From assembly GCA_964016885.1 (NCBI GenBank), contig OZ024744.1, positions 103,168,001-103,232,000 of the forward strand: a stretch of 64,000 bases of DNA, written 5' to 3'. How positions within the stretch are numbered: position 1 is the stretch's first letter; each line of letters begins with the position of its first letter. Below the pieces are notes generated by a model that ran no database searches, had not been told where the DNA came from, and saw only the letters and a program-made list of their open reading frames with translations. The position numbers and the translations under genes were made by a program. Positions 62,343-64,000 of this stretch are shown piece after piece. This DNA comes from Eledone cirrhosa. Lineage: Eukaryota.

Positions 62343-64000
62343 ACAGAAGAATGTAGTAGGTGTGTATATCACCAACACTAGGTAGGTTATCATGTTTATG
62401 ACATAGAAGAATGTAGTAGGTGTGTAAATCACCAACACTGGGTAGGTTATCATGTTTATGACATAGAAGAATATAGTAGGTGTGTAAATCACCAACACTG
62501 GGTAGGTTATCATGTTTATGACATAGAAGAATATAGTAGGTGTGTAAATCACCAACACTGGGTAGGTTATCATGTTTATGACATAGAAGAATATAGTAGG
62601 TGTGTAAATCACCAACACTGGGTAGGTTATCATGTTTATGACATAGAAGAATGTAGTAGGTGTGTATATCACCAACACTAGGTAGGTTATCATGTTTATT
62701 ATACGTAAGAATGTAGTAGGTGTGTATATCACCAACACTAGGTAGGTTATCATGTTTATGACACAGAAGAATGTAGTAGGTGTGTATATCACCAACACTA
62801 GGTAGGTTATCATGTTTATGACATAGAAGAATGTAGTAGGTGTGTATATAACCAACACTAGGTAGGTTATCATGTTTATTATACGGAAGAATGTAGTAGG
62901 TGTGTATATCACCAACACTAGGTAGGTTATCATGTTTATGACATAGAAGAATGTAGTAGGTGTGTATATCACCAACACTAGGTAGGTTATCATGTTTATG
63001 ACACAGAAGAATGTAGTAGTTGTGTATATCACCAACACTAGGTAGGTTATCATGTTTATGACATAGAAGAATGTAGTAGGTGTGTATATCACCAACACTA
63101 GGTAGGTTATCATGTTTATGACATAGAAGAATGTAGTAGGTGTGTATATCACCAACACTAGGTAGGTTATCATGTTTATGACATAGAAGAATGTAGTAGG
63201 TGTGTATATCACCAACACAAGGTAGGTTATCATGTTTATGACACAGAAGAATGTAGTAGGTGTGTATATCACCAACACTAGGTAGGTTATCATGTTTATG
63301 ACATAGAAGAATGTAGTAGGTGTGTATATCACCAACACTAGGTAGGTTATCATGTTTATGACATAGAAGAATGTAGTAGGTGTGTATATCACCAACACTA
63401 GGTAGGTTATCATGTTTATGACATAGAAGAATGTAGTAGGTGTGTATATCACCAACACTAGGTAGGTTATCATGTTTATGACACAGAAGAATGTAGTAGG
63501 TGTGTATATCACCAACACTAGGTAGGTTATCATGTTTATGACACAGAAGAATGTAGTAGGTGTGTATATCACCAACACTAGGTAGGTTATCATGTTTATG
63601 ACATAGAAGAATGTAGTAGGTGTGTATATCACCAACACTAGGTAGGTTATCATGTTTATTATACGGAAGAATGTAGTAGGTGTGTATATCACCAACACTA
63701 GGTAGGTTATCATGTTTATGACATAGAAGAATGTAGTAGGTGTGTTTATCACCAACACTAGGTAGGTTATCATGTTTGTGACACAGAAGAATGTAGTAGT
63801 TGTGTATATCACCAACACTAGGTAGGTTATCATGTTTATGACATAGAAGAATGTAGTAGGTGTGTATATCACCAACACTAGGTAGGTTATCATGTTTATG
63901 ACATAGAAGAATGTAGTAGATGTGTATATCACCAACACTAGGTAGGTTATCATGTTTATGACATAGAAGAATGTAGTAGGTGTGTATATCACCAACACAA
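62343..64000. repeat. 60-bp minisatellite, ~27.5 copies, runs off the right edge
   Basis: Unit ACATAGAAGAATGTAGTAGGTGTGTATATCACCAACACTAGGTAGGTTATCATGTTTATG, in register line after line. Confidence 0.98.

Noticed and set aside
62307-63998. 563-aa ORF of MITYLVLVIYTPTTFFYVIN repeats
   Set aside because: By-product of a stop-free 60-bp unit. A second minus frame is also open, variants show no consistent synonymous bias, and the monomer occurs in non-coding context at ~53000.
62343-64000. CRISPR-like regular periodicity
   Set aside because: No unique spacers, no cas genes, eukaryotic context.

Overview
AT-rich animal genomic DNA with no prokaryotic features. The SINE/MITE/RTE repertoire suggests a cephalopod, probably Octopus (inference). 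Positions 1 to ~50,300 are a ~2.5-kb tandem macrosatellite with 17 exon-bearing copies, open at the left edge. Each unit is a collage of transposon scraps (RTE 3' ends, two R4/Dong-like 3' fragments, a MITE, TATG microsatellites). Each unit also carries one 57-nt minus-strand segment with textbook splice signals (TTTCTTTATTTAG|GTGGATGG...GAAAACA|GTAAGT) that the ORF track cannot show. Three more short symmetric exon candidates (60, 42, 54 nt) lie in the non-array part at 61557, 56077 and 52827, and each is open only in phase 1. Joined, they read xFCIIDYRECTICDCITLHEG-GTKYVSDRPVTLWD-VPLKLSSYVLLPPISEKC-GWFKSRDQVATKPPRIENS-(GWFTGRDQVATKPPRIENS)n. This suggests an unrecognised micro-exon gene that is expanding by tandem duplication of a whole exon+intron unit; there is no expression evidence here. 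The window also holds mariner and Tc1 transposons, RTE LINEs with bipartite non-autonomous derivatives, R4/Dong-like elements apparently targeting (TATG)n, a Meta-type SINE, a head-to-head tRNA-like hairpin element and a 60-bp minisatellite. Most short ORFs in the track are TE remnants or spurious.
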